Notes: generated from the sequence alone by a model not told the origin. A stretch of 64,000 nucleotides of DNA from Candidatus Bathyarchaeia archaeon (GCA_049512075.1 JBEKXL010000008.1:33836-97835), one strand, 5' to 3'. Numbered from the stretch's first letter, positions 30,209 to 40,502 are shown. Made by a program: numbers and translations.

Positions 30209-31123
30209 ATGACCCTAACAGACGAAATATTGAAGCTGAAAAAAGAGAAGAACGCAATAATCCTGGCGCACAATTATCAGAGGGAAGACGTTCAGGACAT
30301 CGCAGACTACATCGGCGACAGCATAGAGCTTAGCAGGAAAGCCATGGAAGAGAAAGAAGCGAAGATGATAGTTTTCTCGGCTGTTGACTTCATGGCAGAG
30401 TCAGCGGCAATCTTGAATCCTGACAAGAAGGTGTTGCTGCCGACGCTTAGCGCACGATGTCCTATGGCACAGATGCTTACCGTCGAAGAGATCAAGCGGG
30501 CGAAGTTGCACCATCCACTCGTGCCTGTTGTTCTGTACGTTAACACTCTAGCAGCTGCTAAGGCCTACTGTGACATTTGTTGCACATCGGCTAACGCTGT
30601 GGATGTGATTGCATCGTTAGACGCGGACACGGTGCTTTTCGGCCCAGACCGTAACCTAGCCGAATACGTACAGAGGAAGACTGGAAAGACTGTTATCCCT
30701 ATCCCTGAGTGGGGATTTTGCCCAACGCACTTGCTCTTTCAACCCGAGGATGTCCACATCCTCAAGACTCAATGCCCGGAAGCCAAAGTGATGGTGCATC
30801 CCGAATGCACCTTTGAAATGCAGAAAGCCGCCGACTTCGTCGGAAGCACCTCACAAATGTGCAGATATGCAAAAGAATGTAACGCTGAAACGTTTATCGT
30901 GGGAACGGAGGAGGGAATACTTCACCGCCTGAAGAAAGAGAATCCTCGGAAAAAGTTTCTTTTGGCCTACGAAGAAGCTGTGTGTCCGACCATGAAGTTG
31001 AACACTCTTGACAGGCTTTACATGGCCTTGAAAGAAGAAAAATACGTGGTTACTGTTCCAGAACCTATTGCAAAGCAAGCCAGGAAAGCCTTGGAGAGAA
31101 TGTTTGATCTGAATAGCCGATAA
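30209..31123 (+). CDS. nadA: Quinolinate synthase
   Basis: AHNYQ, FMAE, CPMA, YVNT, CTSANA, PDRNL, HPEC, CPTMK. Confidence 0.97.
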   Translation: MTLTDEILKLKKEKNAIILAHNYQREDVQDIADYIGDSIELSRKAMEEKEAKMIVFSAVDFMAESAAILNPDKKVLLPTLSARCPMAQMLTVEEIKRAKLHHPLVPVVLYVNTLAAAKAYCDICCTSANAVDVIASLDADTVLFGPDRNLAEYVQRKTGKTVIPIPEWGFCPTHLLFQPEDVHILKTQCPEAKVMVHPECTFEMQKAADFVGSTSQMCRYAKECNAETFIVGTEEGILHRLKKENPRKKFLLAYEEAVCPTMKLNTLDRLYMALKEEKYVVTVPEPIAKQARKALERMFDLNSR

Positions 31124-31125
31124 GA

Positions 31126-31533
31126 TTAGAGGGAAAAAACCGTTACCCTGAGCAGCTTCACGCCCTTCTTGGCGGCCAAGTGATCTCTTAATTCTCGAAT
31201 ATCACCAGCTTTGCCCTTGACAGCTATCGCCTCAAGACAGTCTGTTTCGCTCAGGTGAATATGCATCGTTGAACAGATAATGCGTGCAAAATGGTGTTGC
31301 ACGTGCGTGAGTGCGTTTTCAAGCCCTCCGACTTCATGATCATACAGCATCATCATAAGCCCGGCTTGATCTCGGGTCTCGTTTTGAAGCAGGTTTTTTT
31401 CTGCCACGAACATTCTAACCGCGTCTTGGACAGCTTTTGACCGATTCTCATACTTCATTGTTCCAAGGATCTGGTCAAAATCTTTCAGTAAGTCGGGTGG
31501 GAACGTTACGCCTACGCGTTTTATTTTGGGCAT
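31126..31533 (-). CDS. nikR: Nickel-responsive regulator
   Basis: RHH N-terminus (RVGVTF...NRSKAVQDA), YDH, QH, HIH...C. ATG 31533. Confidence 0.93.
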   Translation of the reverse strand: MPKIKRVGVTFPPDLLKDFDQILGTMKYENRSKAVQDAVRMFVAEKNLLQNETRDQAGLMMMLYDHEVGGLENALTHVQHHFARIICSTMHIHLSETDCLEAIAVKGKAGDIRELRDHLAAKKGVKLLRVTVFSL

Positions 31534-31586
31534 GTTCTCACAGACAATTTCTAAGGTGTCCTTGAATAAAGTTTTTATGCACTGCA

Positions 31587-31614
31587 GTGCTACTACTGAA
31601 CAAAAAGGTGTTAC
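31587..31614. promoter_or_regulatory. Candidate NikR operator
   Basis: GTGCTAC-N14-GTGTTAC (28 bp) between divergent nikR and the transporter gene. Confidence 0.45.
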
Positions 31615-31653
31615 CAAACGGTCAGAACGGGCAGCAAAACCTACTTCACGACT

Positions 31654-32184
31654 GTGGACGCGGCGCTGACGGGTGTCTTCTGTGCACTTTGGATATTCCT
31701 GAACTGGATTCTGGCACCGCTAAGTGTGACTTTGCTTGGAGGGATTCCAATATTCCATGATTTTGCGGTCTTCTTCACACTGTTACTTGTCGCATGGGTG
31801 ACTGGACGGTTTGGAACAAGCTCGCTGGCCGGCATTGTGGGTTCAGTAATCGTCGTATCCTTGGGAGGCCCACCGCCAATCATTATGTTTTGCTTTGCCG
31901 TTTCAGCGGTCATTTTTGACTTGCTGATGTCTGCGAGTCACCACAGGATCCGCAGTTCTGCATACAGCATGATAGTAGCAAGCGTCGCAACAGTGCTATC
32001 GGCCTACGTTGCCGGCGTACTCATCGGTGTCCTTTTCACTCCGAACGATGGGCTTCAGTGGGCACTTACGATTTGGGGCGGATGGCATTTTGTCGGTGGA
32101 ATTTTCACACTTACCATAACCCTGCCTCTCATAGCAGCGCTGGAAAAGGCCAACGTGAGGAAGATTCTAGGTGAAGCACAATAG
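31654..32184 (+). CDS. ECF-type S-component-like membrane protein
   Basis: About six TM helices; the reading frame stays open upstream (KTYFTTVDAAL), so the true start may be earlier. Confidence 0.7.
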   Translation: MDAALTGVFCALWIFLNWILAPLSVTLLGGIPIFHDFAVFFTLLLVAWVTGRFGTSSLAGIVGSVIVVSLGGPPPIIMFCFAVSAVIFDLLMSASHHRIRSSAYSMIVASVATVLSAYVAGVLIGVLFTPNDGLQWALTIWGGWHFVGGIFTLTITLPLIAALEKANVRKILGEAQ

Positions 32185-32608
32185 AGAAATCACCTCTCAG
32201 ATGAAGAATGCTGCCAAATTCCATGGACACCTCGGTCCTTTCCTCGTCATAGGCGTGAGAATGGGAGAAATCGCCAAGAAGCAGTTGGGCATAAACGAGG
32301 AGAACAGACTTGAACTGCATGCGAGCATTAGGACACCGCTCTATCCTCCCTTCTCATGTGTCATTGACGGAATACAAGCTACAACTAGTTGCACAGTTGG
32401 AAATCAAAAACTGAAAATTGAAAAATCAATGAAGGAGATAACCGCACGCTTCAAACTTCAGAGTTCAGACAAAACAATGAAGATTTCAGTTAACCCCAAA
32501 GTAGCCAGGAACTTGACTGAAGAGATGTCCAAGGGAGCTGATTCTGAGCAGCTTGCTGCAAAGATCGCACATTTGAAGGAAGAGCAGCTTTTTGTGTTGG
32601 AAGAGTAA
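32171..32608 (+). CDS. FmdE-family protein
   Basis: FHGHLGPFLVIGVRMG, SCVIDGIQATTSCTVGN. Confidence 0.9.
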   Translation: MKHNREITSQMKNAAKFHGHLGPFLVIGVRMGEIAKKQLGINEENRLELHASIRTPLYPPFSCVIDGIQATTSCTVGNQKLKIEKSMKEITARFKLQSSDKTMKISVNPKVARNLTEEMSKGADSEQLAAKIAHLKEEQLFVLEE

Positions 32609-32650
32609 TAGGTGTTTTAGAGAAGGCCGCCTCAGCGATGCTGGATTGAC

Positions 32651-33082
32651 ATGGAAGACCTGAGAATAGCAAAGAAACGTCTCGGAGAAGAAGGGTTGAC
32701 ACTTTCAATCGTCAAGGACGAGCAGGTGCTCTTTGAGACTGCTTCTCATGGAATTTCAGGCGTATTGAGGGCAATTCAAGAGCTTGGCGAACGGCTTAAC
32801 GGGGCTTCCGTTGCGGACAAAATCGTTGGCAAAGCAATTGCACTCTTGTGCCTTTACGCGAGGATTGAAGGAGTGTATGGAACGGTCATGAGCAGGGAAG
32901 CGAAGAAATTGTTTGAAGAAAACAAGGTTCACGCTGAATGGGATGAGCTGATTGGAAACATACTCGACAAGTGCAAGTCGGCAACCTGCCCGTTCGAAAG
33001 GTTGACGGCAGGAATCACGGATCCTGAAGAGGCTTACAAAAAACTTAAAGCTCTGCAAGATTCTCTAAAGCAACGCAGGTGA
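32651..33082 (+). CDS. DUF1893 (TM1506-like) protein
   Basis: ADKIVGKA, MSREA, CPFE. Confidence 0.85.
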   Translation: MEDLRIAKKRLGEEGLTLSIVKDEQVLFETASHGISGVLRAIQELGERLNGASVADKIVGKAIALLCLYARIEGVYGTVMSREAKKLFEENKVHAEWDELIGNILDKCKSATCPFERLTAGITDPEEAYKKLKALQDSLKQRR

Positions 33083-33086
33083 CAAG

Positions 33087-33509
33087 ATGAGCATTGGGCA
33101 CGAGCGGTCTGCGTCTGACGAAAAAGAATTAGAACGTATGAGGCACAAGAAGTTGGCTGAGCTCGGGGAGAAAAAGCAGGAAGTGGACAATAAGCCCGTT
33201 CACATAACCGATTCGAGCTTCAAAGAGATAACCAGCAAACATACGCTGGCGCTCGTTGATTTTTGGGCGGCGTGGTGTGGCCCGTGCCAATCATTAGCTC
33301 CGACAATTGAAGAACTGGCCAAGGAGTATGCCGGCAAAATTCTTGTCGGGAAGCTTAACGTCGATGAAAACCCCAAAACTGCAGAGCGTTTTCAAGTTTT
33401 TAGCATTCCAACCATGCTGATAATGAAGAACGGCGAAGAAATCGACAGGATAGTGGGATGTGTCCAGAAGAAACATATCGAAGCTGCCTTAAGGAAACAC
33501 TTGGAGTAG
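33087..33509 (+). CDS. trxA: Thioredoxin
   Basis: [21 protein letters not shown]. Confidence 0.95.
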   Translation: MSIGHERSASDEKELERMRHKKLAELGEKKQEVDNKPVHITDSSFKEITSKHTLALVDFWAAWCGPCQSLAPTIEELAKEYAGKILVGKLNVDENPKTAERFQVFSIPTMLIMKNGEEIDRIVGCVQKKHIEAALRKHLE

Positions 33510-33517
33510 GTTGGAGC

Positions 33518-33646
33518 ATGGACATACCAGAACGTCGGACGATAGGTGCGTTGTTGCTTCTCCTGGGTGTTTCTTCCTTGACTGTGGGCGTCTACACTGG
33601 TCAGCTCAACGCAATAGTGAACCTGCTTGGAAAAATCTTCCTCTAA
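33518..33646 (+). CDS. 42-aa single-TM microprotein
   Basis: GGAG-preceded ATG 8 nt after the trxA stop; MDIPERRTIGALLLLLGVSSLTVGVY... Confidence 0.6.
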   Translation: MDIPERRTIGALLLLLGVSSLTVGVYTGQLNAIVNLLGKIFL

Positions 33647-33723
33647 TAATTGCGAAGTAAAAATCCTTAAGCGTTGCCAACGTGTTCTGACACTGTTCAT
33701 TTAACAAACAGGTTAGCGCGAAA

Positions 33724-34296
33724 ATGAGTCCACCAGTCATTGGATGTGAAGATGGAGAGAGAGAAGCCGTTTTGGAAGCAGCCAAGCTCATGCTGGCAGC
33801 TGCACGAACAGCCCCTAAGACCGCTGGTGTAGATGACATCATGACATTGATTGTCTACGGAAAAGAGAAAGATGTCATCGCGGACAAGATGGAAGAGATA
33901 GCGGATGAAAGGAAGATTGAAGGGTTCAGACGAGACGCAAAGAACGTCAGGGACTCCCATGCAGTGGTTCTCATAGCTGTCAGGGGGGATAGAAGCATTG
34001 GTTTAGACTGTGGAGGCTGCGGTTACGAAGGGTGCCAGGAGTTTGACAAGGCGAGTAAGAAAAAAGGGAAAGACTTCAGCGGTCCCACATGCGTCTTCAA
34101 AGCTCTGGACTTGGGGATTGCCTTAGGGTCAGCTGCAAAGACGGCAAGCATGCTTGACATCGATAACCGCATAATGTACCGAATTGGAACGGCTGCTTCG
34201 AAACTGAAGCTGTTACCTCAAGCAACAATTATCATGGGAATACCGGTTTCAGTGAGAGGCAAGAACATCTACTTTGACAGGCCTGCGAAGGTATAA
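33724..34296 (+). CDS. DUF2148 ferredoxin-domain / nitroreductase-like protein
   Basis: AARTAPK, CGGCGYEGC, DLGIALGSA, DNRIMY, KNIYFDR. Confidence 0.88.
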   Translation: MSPPVIGCEDGEREAVLEAAKLMLAAARTAPKTAGVDDIMTLIVYGKEKDVIADKMEEIADERKIEGFRRDAKNVRDSHAVVLIAVRGDRSIGLDCGGCGYEGCQEFDKASKKKGKDFSGPTCVFKALDLGIALGSAAKTASMLDIDNRIMYRIGTAASKLKLLPQATIIMGIPVSVRGKNIYFDRPAKV

Positions 34297-34573
34297 GCAC
34301 TTTTCCAAGAAGGCACTTTCCTCTATTTTCTATCAGTTGCAAGTCAGCATGCGCGCTGGAATTTAGCTAAGTCCTAGTTTAAGCGTATGTGACTCGACAG
34401 CAACAATATTTAAGACTCACTAAAGAAGGGGGACATTAGCAAAGAATGTATGCCATGCAAAGCGGTCTGCGTATTGGGTATGTCAAGCACAATAGAGCTC
34501 GTGTGAAGGCAGGCGCGAACCGCGTGCGCTGCAATCAGAAGCATTTGCTTTGACCGCTCGAAATGAGCCTCTT

Positions 34574-35185
34574 CTAATTCTGACTCTTCATTTTTTCATA
34601 CATTTTCTCCAGTGTCCAACGGATGCTTGACTTAAGCTCCTTCAGCCTTTCTGGATCAGTGTTCTTGATGACTATTTCACGGATAATATCGCCTTCTCGA
34701 ACGATGCTGTAGCGGAAGATTTTGTCAGAAGACAGCTGTCCGGCTCTGGCCAGCTCGTTGTCCCTTTCTTGCATTTTGAGCAAGACTCTTTCTAGAAGGA
34801 AGTGTGTGAAAGGCGGCGTGTTGACGTCGAAGTCTTTGTCTTCAGCCAGCACCACGCGCAATTGGTCTTCGGTAACGTGGAGGTTAGCGAGAAGCTCACC
34901 TGCCATTGTCTGCAATGGCGTGACATTCTGAAGTTCCACGTGCGACTGGGGGGACGAAGGCTCAGACTCTCCTTCGCCCCCTCTTTCTGTTGCCAGCAAA
35001 ACTCCGGTTTTCGTCGACCCCTCCGTGACTTGTAGGTGCCTGAACCCCTTTTCAAGGAGAATGGAGTCGATGGTTTCAAGCATAGCCTGCGAATCTTTGA
35101 GGTCAGAACTCAGCGCTTCGATTTTGTCTTCGAGTTTCTTCTTGAATTCGACGAGCCGCTTTATTCTCTCTGCATCTACTGACAA
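34574..35185 (-). CDS. Conserved hypothetical protein with N-terminal coiled coil
   Basis: 203-aa ORF with protein-like composition; no motif recognised. Confidence 0.75.
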   Translation of the reverse strand: MSVDAERIKRLVEFKKKLEDKIEALSSDLKDSQAMLETIDSILLEKGFRHLQVTEGSTKTGVLLATERGGEGESEPSSPQSHVELQNVTPLQTMAGELLANLHVTEDQLRVVLAEDKDFDVNTPPFTHFLLERVLLKMQERDNELARAGQLSSDKIFRYSIVREGDIIREIVIKNTDPERLKELKSSIRWTLEKMYEKMKSQN

Positions 35186-35248
35186 TTTCTATTCACGGAT
35201 AATATCTTGCGAGCACTTCCCTTATCAATCCTTTGAAATTCGCCGTAG

Positions 35249-35746
35249 TTAGGCGAGTTCAGGCAATACGTTGCTGTTTACCTTGATTTTCGAATCAGAA
35301 AAGGGCTGAAGCGATTCAACTGTGATTTTCAGTTCGCTCCGAAGGAAAGTCTCGAATCCGTGAAAAATAGGGCTGTCCGTATTGTTCAGTTTGATGCATG
35401 TATTTTTTCCCTCTAGCAATGGACTAAAATCAAAGATGGCTATGCGTCTAGAAAAGTCTGGGTTATCAAGGACTGTCCGGAATATATCTTTTGAGGGTAC
35501 TTCTGAGAAAAGCCAAGCTAAGTGAGATGGCTCGACAACGGTGTAGAACAATCCTTTCTGAACCACGCATTTTCTGTTTGAGATTATCGCTTTGAAGGAG
35601 GCGGGAGTGACGTTTCTAGTTGAAAGAAAATTGTGATAGTCGTCTTTCAACTCAACCCAATCTTCGTTTTCGGATGTTCTCCAGCCCCGCAGTTTGCAAA
35701 AACGCTTGAAACTGGTAAGGACTTCCCATATCTTGGACATATTCAT
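35249..35746 (-). CDS. Hypothetical protein
   Basis: 165-aa ORF, divergent from the Lrp gene. Confidence 0.7.
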   Translation of the reverse strand: MNMSKIWEVLTSFKRFCKLRGWRTSENEDWVELKDDYHNFLSTRNVTPASFKAIISNRKCVVQKGLFYTVVEPSHLAWLFSEVPSKDIFRTVLDNPDFSRRIAIFDFSPLLEGKNTCIKLNNTDSPIFHGFETFLRSELKITVESLQPFSDSKIKVNSNVLPELA

Positions 35747-35761
35747 GTTCTTGTTCCAACC

Positions 35762-35789
35762 TCGAACAATATTCTAGAACAAAGTTCTA
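35762..35789. promoter_or_regulatory. Two overlapping copies of the 15-bp palindrome
   Basis: TCGAACA-A-TATTCTA (35762-35776) and TAGAACA-A-AGTTCTA (35775-35789). Confidence 0.5.
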
Positions 35790-36017
35790 TTGCGCTGGCC
35801 GCAGACTTAAGTGTTTTTGTCAACGTTTTCCGCAAAAATGAAGCCTGGCTGTTCGAATATTTGCAGTTTTGTAGGCATTACAATGCATTTTACGCAAATT
35901 TGCGGGTAAGACAGAGCGAAGGGTTTTTGATGGAAAAGCAGGGAGGCCAGCTACATTTCTGCGACAATAAGGAATAAATTCCGATGTGTCTATTAAGAAT
36001 GGGCGGGGACAACGGCA

Positions 36018-36518
36018 GTGAAACTTAAGAACAATACAGTGTTTTTGGATGCTACAGATCTGGAGATTCTGCGAGCACTGCAGAAAGATTGTAGAGAGAC
36101 GTACGGAGCCATAGGCAAGCGGCTGGGAATTGCTCATTCGACAGTTTATGATAGAATAAGAAAAATGGAGCAGCAAAAGGTGATACAGAACTATACGGCC
36201 ACCATAGACGTTGAGAAGATTGGGATGAGAAACATAACTTCGATAATGACGGTTTACGCAGACCCCAAGGAGATTGAGAGAGTTGCGGAGAAATTGGCAG
36301 CTTTGCCAGAAGTTCTTGAAGTCTACACGTCCCTTTCAGAAGAGCTTCTAGTCATTGCAAAGGTCTCTGCAGCAAGCCAGGAAAACCTGCACGAGTTCAT
36401 AGCTAATTCAGTTGCCCCATTGCCTGGAGTTTCGAGAATTCGCACCTCAATTATCACGAAGAAGTTTAAGGAAACTCAATTTTCAATCACGAATGCGTCG
36501 GAAAGGTTACATTTATAA
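36018..36518 (+). CDS. Lrp/AsnC-family regulator
   Basis: LDATDLEILRALQKDCR...STVYDRIRKM HTH plus RAM domain. Confidence 0.93.
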   Translation: MKLKNNTVFLDATDLEILRALQKDCRETYGAIGKRLGIAHSTVYDRIRKMEQQKVIQNYTATIDVEKIGMRNITSIMTVYADPKEIERVAEKLAALPEVLEVYTSLSEELLVIAKVSAASQENLHEFIANSVAPLPGVSRIRTSIITKKFKETQFSITNASERLHL

Positions 36519-36550
36519 AAGAGATACGCGATATCAATGAAGGAACAATC

Positions 36551-36895
36551 ATGACTTTAGACACAGGTTCAAAGATTCTCAGGACAGTTCCCAGGGAGAA
36601 AGCGTTCTATTTCTTCACTTCGATTGGAAACTACACTGGAACAAGCGCATCTTCCCTCAAGGAATTCATGGAAAAAACAAACGAAGTCAACGTTAAATCC
36701 TTAGAGTTTCATCTTTCCCGCGGAGACTTTGAAAAATGGATGGCTGAGGTTTTGCAGGACACGGAGCTAGCGGGCGAAATTAGAAGGCTGCAGAAGTTGA
36801 ACTTGACAGGCAACAGTCTCCGCGACCAACTGAACTTCACCGTTTCGAGACGTTTCAAACGCCTGACAAGTCAACCTGGCGCAAGCCGATTCTGA
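36551..36895 (+). CDS. DUF5752-like protein
   Basis: AFYFF...ASSLKEF...SLEFHLSRGDFEKWM. Confidence 0.8.
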   Translation: MTLDTGSKILRTVPREKAFYFFTSIGNYTGTSASSLKEFMEKTNEVNVKSLEFHLSRGDFEKWMAEVLQDTELAGEIRRLQKLNLTGNSLRDQLNFTVSRRFKRLTSQPGASRF

Positions 36896-37232
36896 AATGC
36901 TTCAGTCTCTGAGAGTGCAGAGTTGCGCTTGAAAGACCCACGCACTTAAGAGTTGACCCCCTACTCTTCTCGCGCGTGTCAGTTCTAACATTCGCCCCTT
37001 GGTGTAACAGCGCGGCGGCTCTGTCTTCAAGTCTAAACGTTGCGACCGTACCCAGCGCCCGCGCTACCCACTACAATTGAAGGGGGCTCAATCTCGAACT
37101 TCTTCAGCTAGAATGACTGATCCCGAAAAGTGCCCGTCTATGATAGGATGTTATGTTTGCGTCAAGCCGAGTCAGTCAAGTCCTACTCGTTTGCTCGTCA
37201 ATGCCAGTGGGTGTACAAAAAAAGAGGAAAGG

Positions 37233-38267
37233 TTAGCTATAAGATGGCTTCTTCCTGAGGCGTGTTGTGGCAGCTGCGCCGATCAGTGTTGTTCCCATTA
37301 GCAATAGCAGTAGGCCCGTCACTGGAAATTCTGGCACGCTGTTTGTACTGTATATCACTATTTCATGAGTGCCCGCTGTGAAGTTGAACCACACGTACGC
37401 GTTTGCCGAGTCAGTTGTAACCACTGCGTCTGGATTGTTGTCTATGGTGACAGTCCAATTAGTCTGGACTGGCTGGCTCCACATGAAGTTGTTCGGAAAC
37501 GTAACGTTGCAGAAGCCTGGTACGGTACCGTTGACAGGGCTCGTAACGGTGAAATTGAATGTGCTCGTGTTGTTGTCAAAGACTGGCGCAGTTACGTTTG
37601 AGTCAGTGTCTATGGTTCCAGAATAGCCTACGCCTTCGAATGTGATGGTGTATGGCACTGTCTGCTCGGTGGTGATTGTGTACACGGCGTTTTGCACGCT
37701 GAAGACGGGAGTGGCAGAGTTTGCATCTGTCATGTCCGTGAAGTCACACGCCAGGGGACAAGTTGCGTAAGGCGAGGGTTGAGAAACTACTTGGAACGTG
37801 ATTACTGCAATCGTCGCGTTGTCCCCCCACCATGCTAGGCCAGTTGCTGCGCCTGCAACTTCATAGTGTGTAGCGTTGGTGTACGGTGCCGAAGCAATGG
37901 GGTTTCCTTGGCTGTCGAGGAATCCGGGGCTTATGCCGTACAGAATGCCTGTTGTTAGTGGGCCAACACCACTGACGCCCACGTCGCTGACGAAGGATAC
38001 CGGTTGAATCAACGTGGAGTTCCAAGTAAAGTGAACCTCAATGCCTTGGACGCCTGTTGGAACGTTCTGTGTCGTGACGTTGTAGAGTTTCAATGTCACG
38101 TTAAATTCCTGACCTATGGCTAGAGAGGGACCCATGAGAACTTGCGACGGTTCAACCGCGTAGTATGGCCCCGCCTGTGCCGAAGCTAGTTTCACTGTCG
38201 AGACTGAAGCTATTGCGGCTACTGTGAGAAATGTGATTAACAGCATGATACTATAGATTCTCTTCAT
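37233..38267 (-). CDS. Cohesin-like surface protein with PEF-CTERM anchor
   Basis: Signal peptide; GQEFNVTLKL...EVHFTWNSTLI...IAVITF; VPEFP + TM + RLRKK. Confidence 0.82.
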   Translation of the reverse strand: MKRIYSIMLLITFLTVAAIASVSTVKLASAQAGPYYAVEPSQVLMGPSLAIGQEFNVTLKLYNVTTQNVPTGVQGIEVHFTWNSTLIQPVSFVSDVGVSGVGPLTTGILYGISPGFLDSQGNPIASAPYTNATHYEVAGAATGLAWWGDNATIAVITFQVVSQPSPYATCPLACDFTDMTDANSATPVFSVQNAVYTITTEQTVPYTITFEGVGYSGTIDTDSNVTAPVFDNNTSTFNFTVTSPVNGTVPGFCNVTFPNNFMWSQPVQTNWTVTIDNNPDAVVTTDSANAYVWFNFTAGTHEIVIYSTNSVPEFPVTGLLLLLMGTTLIGAAATTRLRKKPSYS

Positions 38268-38399
38268 TTTTCCACCTTTTCCAATTTATAGACTCTAATG
38301 TATTTTGGAACATCTTAATATAAATCTTGCCCTTGGTCAAATCAGGCATGCCCGAACGTTATTGCACGAGGTTGCCCTCGTTCCTGGTTGCTGCCGTTT

Positions 38400-39389
38400 C
38401 TATTTGTTGTAGAGGTGGCAGGCTACGTAGTGTTCTCCACCTATGTCTACCAGTTCAGGTTCCTTTGTTCTGCATATGTCCCCGATGTAGGATGGGCATC
38501 TTGTGTGGAATCTGCATCCTGCAGGCGGGTTTATTGGGCTTGGGATTTCGCCTTTGATGACAGCTTCGCTTCTCTTGGCGGTAGGGTCTGGAACCGGAAC
38601 TGCAAGTATCAACGCTTTCGTGTATGGGTGAAGCGGTTCGTAGACTATTTTTTCGGCCTCGCCCATCTCGACGATCTTTCCAAGGTACATTATGCCCACG
38701 CGGTCACATATGTGTCTGGCCAATGCAAGGTCGTGGGTTATGTAGAGGAATGCTACGTTGTGTTTTTGGATTAGTTCGAACATCAGGTTGAGAACTTCAG
38801 CCCTGATTGACACGTCCAGCATTGAAACTGGCTCGTCAGCGACCACGAACTCTGGGTCCAGCACGAGTGAGCGGGCAAGAGCGACTCGTTGTCTTTGTCC
38901 CCCGCTGAGCTCATGCGGATACCTGAACAGAAACTGTTGCGGCGGTGTCATCTTCACTTCTTCAAGCTTATTAAACACTTTGTCTTCTAATTCTTTTTCG
39001 CTACTGCAGACCTTGTGTATCTTCAATGGCTCGGAGATGATGTCGTAAACCGTGAACCTCGGGTTCAACGACTCGTACGGGTCTTGAAAAATCATTTGCA
39101 TCTGTCTTCTCAGAATCTTAGGGTCGGTTTGCAGTCCGAAGATGTTCTTGCCCTTGAAGACTGCCGTTCCGCCCGTTGGTTCTATCAGTCTTAAGACAAG
39201 CCTTCCCGTCGTTGTCTTGCCACTTCCAGATTCGCCAGCCAAGCCGAATATCTCTTTTCTCTTGATGTCGAAACTGACGTTATCGACAGCCTTCACAAAG
39301 ATATCGTTTTTCCCCGTTAAGGATCTGAAGAAGCCAAGGTTTACTGGAAAATATTTTTTCAGCTTTTCAACTTTCAACAGCTCATCCAT
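38400..39389 (-). CDS. oppF: Oligopeptide ABC transporter ATPase (OppF/DppF)
   Basis: GESGSGKT, LSGGQRQR, DEP, HPYT, GCRFHTRC. Confidence 0.95.
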   Translation of the reverse strand: MDELLKVEKLKKYFPVNLGFFRSLTGKNDIFVKAVDNVSFDIKRKEIFGLAGESGSGKTTTGRLVLRLIEPTGGTAVFKGKNIFGLQTDPKILRRQMQMIFQDPYESLNPRFTVYDIISEPLKIHKVCSSEKELEDKVFNKLEEVKMTPPQQFLFRYPHELSGGQRQRVALARSLVLDPEFVVADEPVSMLDVSIRAEVLNLMFELIQKHNVAFLYITHDLALARHICDRVGIMYLGKIVEMGEAEKIVYEPLHPYTKALILAVPVPDPTAKRSEAVIKGEIPSPINPPAGCRFHTRCPSYIGDICRTKEPELVDIGGEHYVACHLYNK

Positions 39390-39401
39390 TCAGCATTCGC
39401 C

Positions 39402-40370
39402 TCAACTGACTGGGTTTACAAGGTGACACGCGGCGTAATGATCTTTCTCGGTCTCAATTAATTCTGGGACTTTCTTCCGACATATCTCCATCGCATATTT
39501 ACATCTCGGGTTGAACCTGCAGCCCGGGGGAGGGTTAGTCAAGTCGGGTGGTGAACCTGGAATCGATATCAGTCGTGTCCTCTGAGCCTTTATAGACGGA
39601 AACGCTGACAGAAGGCCTTGTGTGTAGGGGTGCAGTGGATCCTTGAATATCTGTACTATGTCACCGAATTCAGCCACTTTTCCAGCGTACACTATTGCCG
39701 CCTCTTCACAAGTCTCAGTCACTATTGACAAGTCGTGAGAAATGACAATCATTGCGAGGTTCAGTCTCTCCTTTAACTCCCTCAATAGTTTGAGTATCTG
39801 TGCGGCAATTATGACATCAAGGGCAGTGCTGGGTTCGTCGCTTATCAACATCTTCGGGTTGCACGCTAGGGCCATCGCTATGCATGCCCTTTGTTTCATT
39901 CCCCCACTGAATTCATGAGGATAGTTGCTCGCCCGTGAGGGATCTACTCCAACAAGCTCAAACAATTTCGCGATTCTTTCTTTGGCTTCCCCTTTACTCA
40001 CGCCAGATTCGTGAACCTTTATAGCTTCAACTATCTGATCCTCAATCCTGAAAACTGGGTTGAGAGCATTCATGGCTCCCTGAAAAATGAGTGATATGCC
40101 ACTCCAGCGGATGTCTCTTCTAATCTCGCCTTCGCTCATCGGCACGATATCTTTTCCATTGAAGAGTATTTTGCCTCCGAAGATTTTCGCATTTCTTGGC
40201 AGTATCTTCATAAGCGTTATCGCGATACTGGTTTTTCCGCACCCTGATTCGCCAACAACTCCGAGGCCTCGACCGCTGTCAACTTTAAAAGTCAAGCCGT
40301 CGACCGCTCTTACCCATCCTCCTGAAGTGCGGTAGTACATCCTCAGGTCTTCTACGTCCATCAGTGTCAT
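39402..40370 (-). CDS. oppD: Oligopeptide ABC transporter ATPase (OppD/DppD)
   Basis: GESGCGKT, FSGGMKQR, DEP, HPYT, GCRFNPRC. Confidence 0.95.
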   Translation of the reverse strand: MTLMDVEDLRMYYRTSGGWVRAVDGLTFKVDSGRGLGVVGESGCGKTSIAITLMKILPRNAKIFGGKILFNGKDIVPMSEGEIRRDIRWSGISLIFQGAMNALNPVFRIEDQIVEAIKVHESGVSKGEAKERIAKLFELVGVDPSRASNYPHEFSGGMKQRACIAMALACNPKMLISDEPSTALDVIIAAQILKLLRELKERLNLAMIVISHDLSIVTETCEEAAIVYAGKVAEFGDIVQIFKDPLHPYTQGLLSAFPSIKAQRTRLISIPGSPPDLTNPPPGCRFNPRCKYAMEICRKKVPELIETEKDHYAACHLVNPVS

Positions 40371-40502
40371 GGAAGATCTCGGATTAACTCTCGGTCCTTC
40401 ATATTTAAGCTTTAGTTCTCTGATTGTTCCGAAAGTGCGTACCTTCTGAAGAGCTTTGTCAAACCTTATATTGCTTGAAGGTGCCCATCTGTTTGAAGAG
40501 GA

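Noticed and set aside
34400-34560. Short ORFs after a TATA-like box
   Set aside because: Under 40 aa, no convincing start or recognisable motif.
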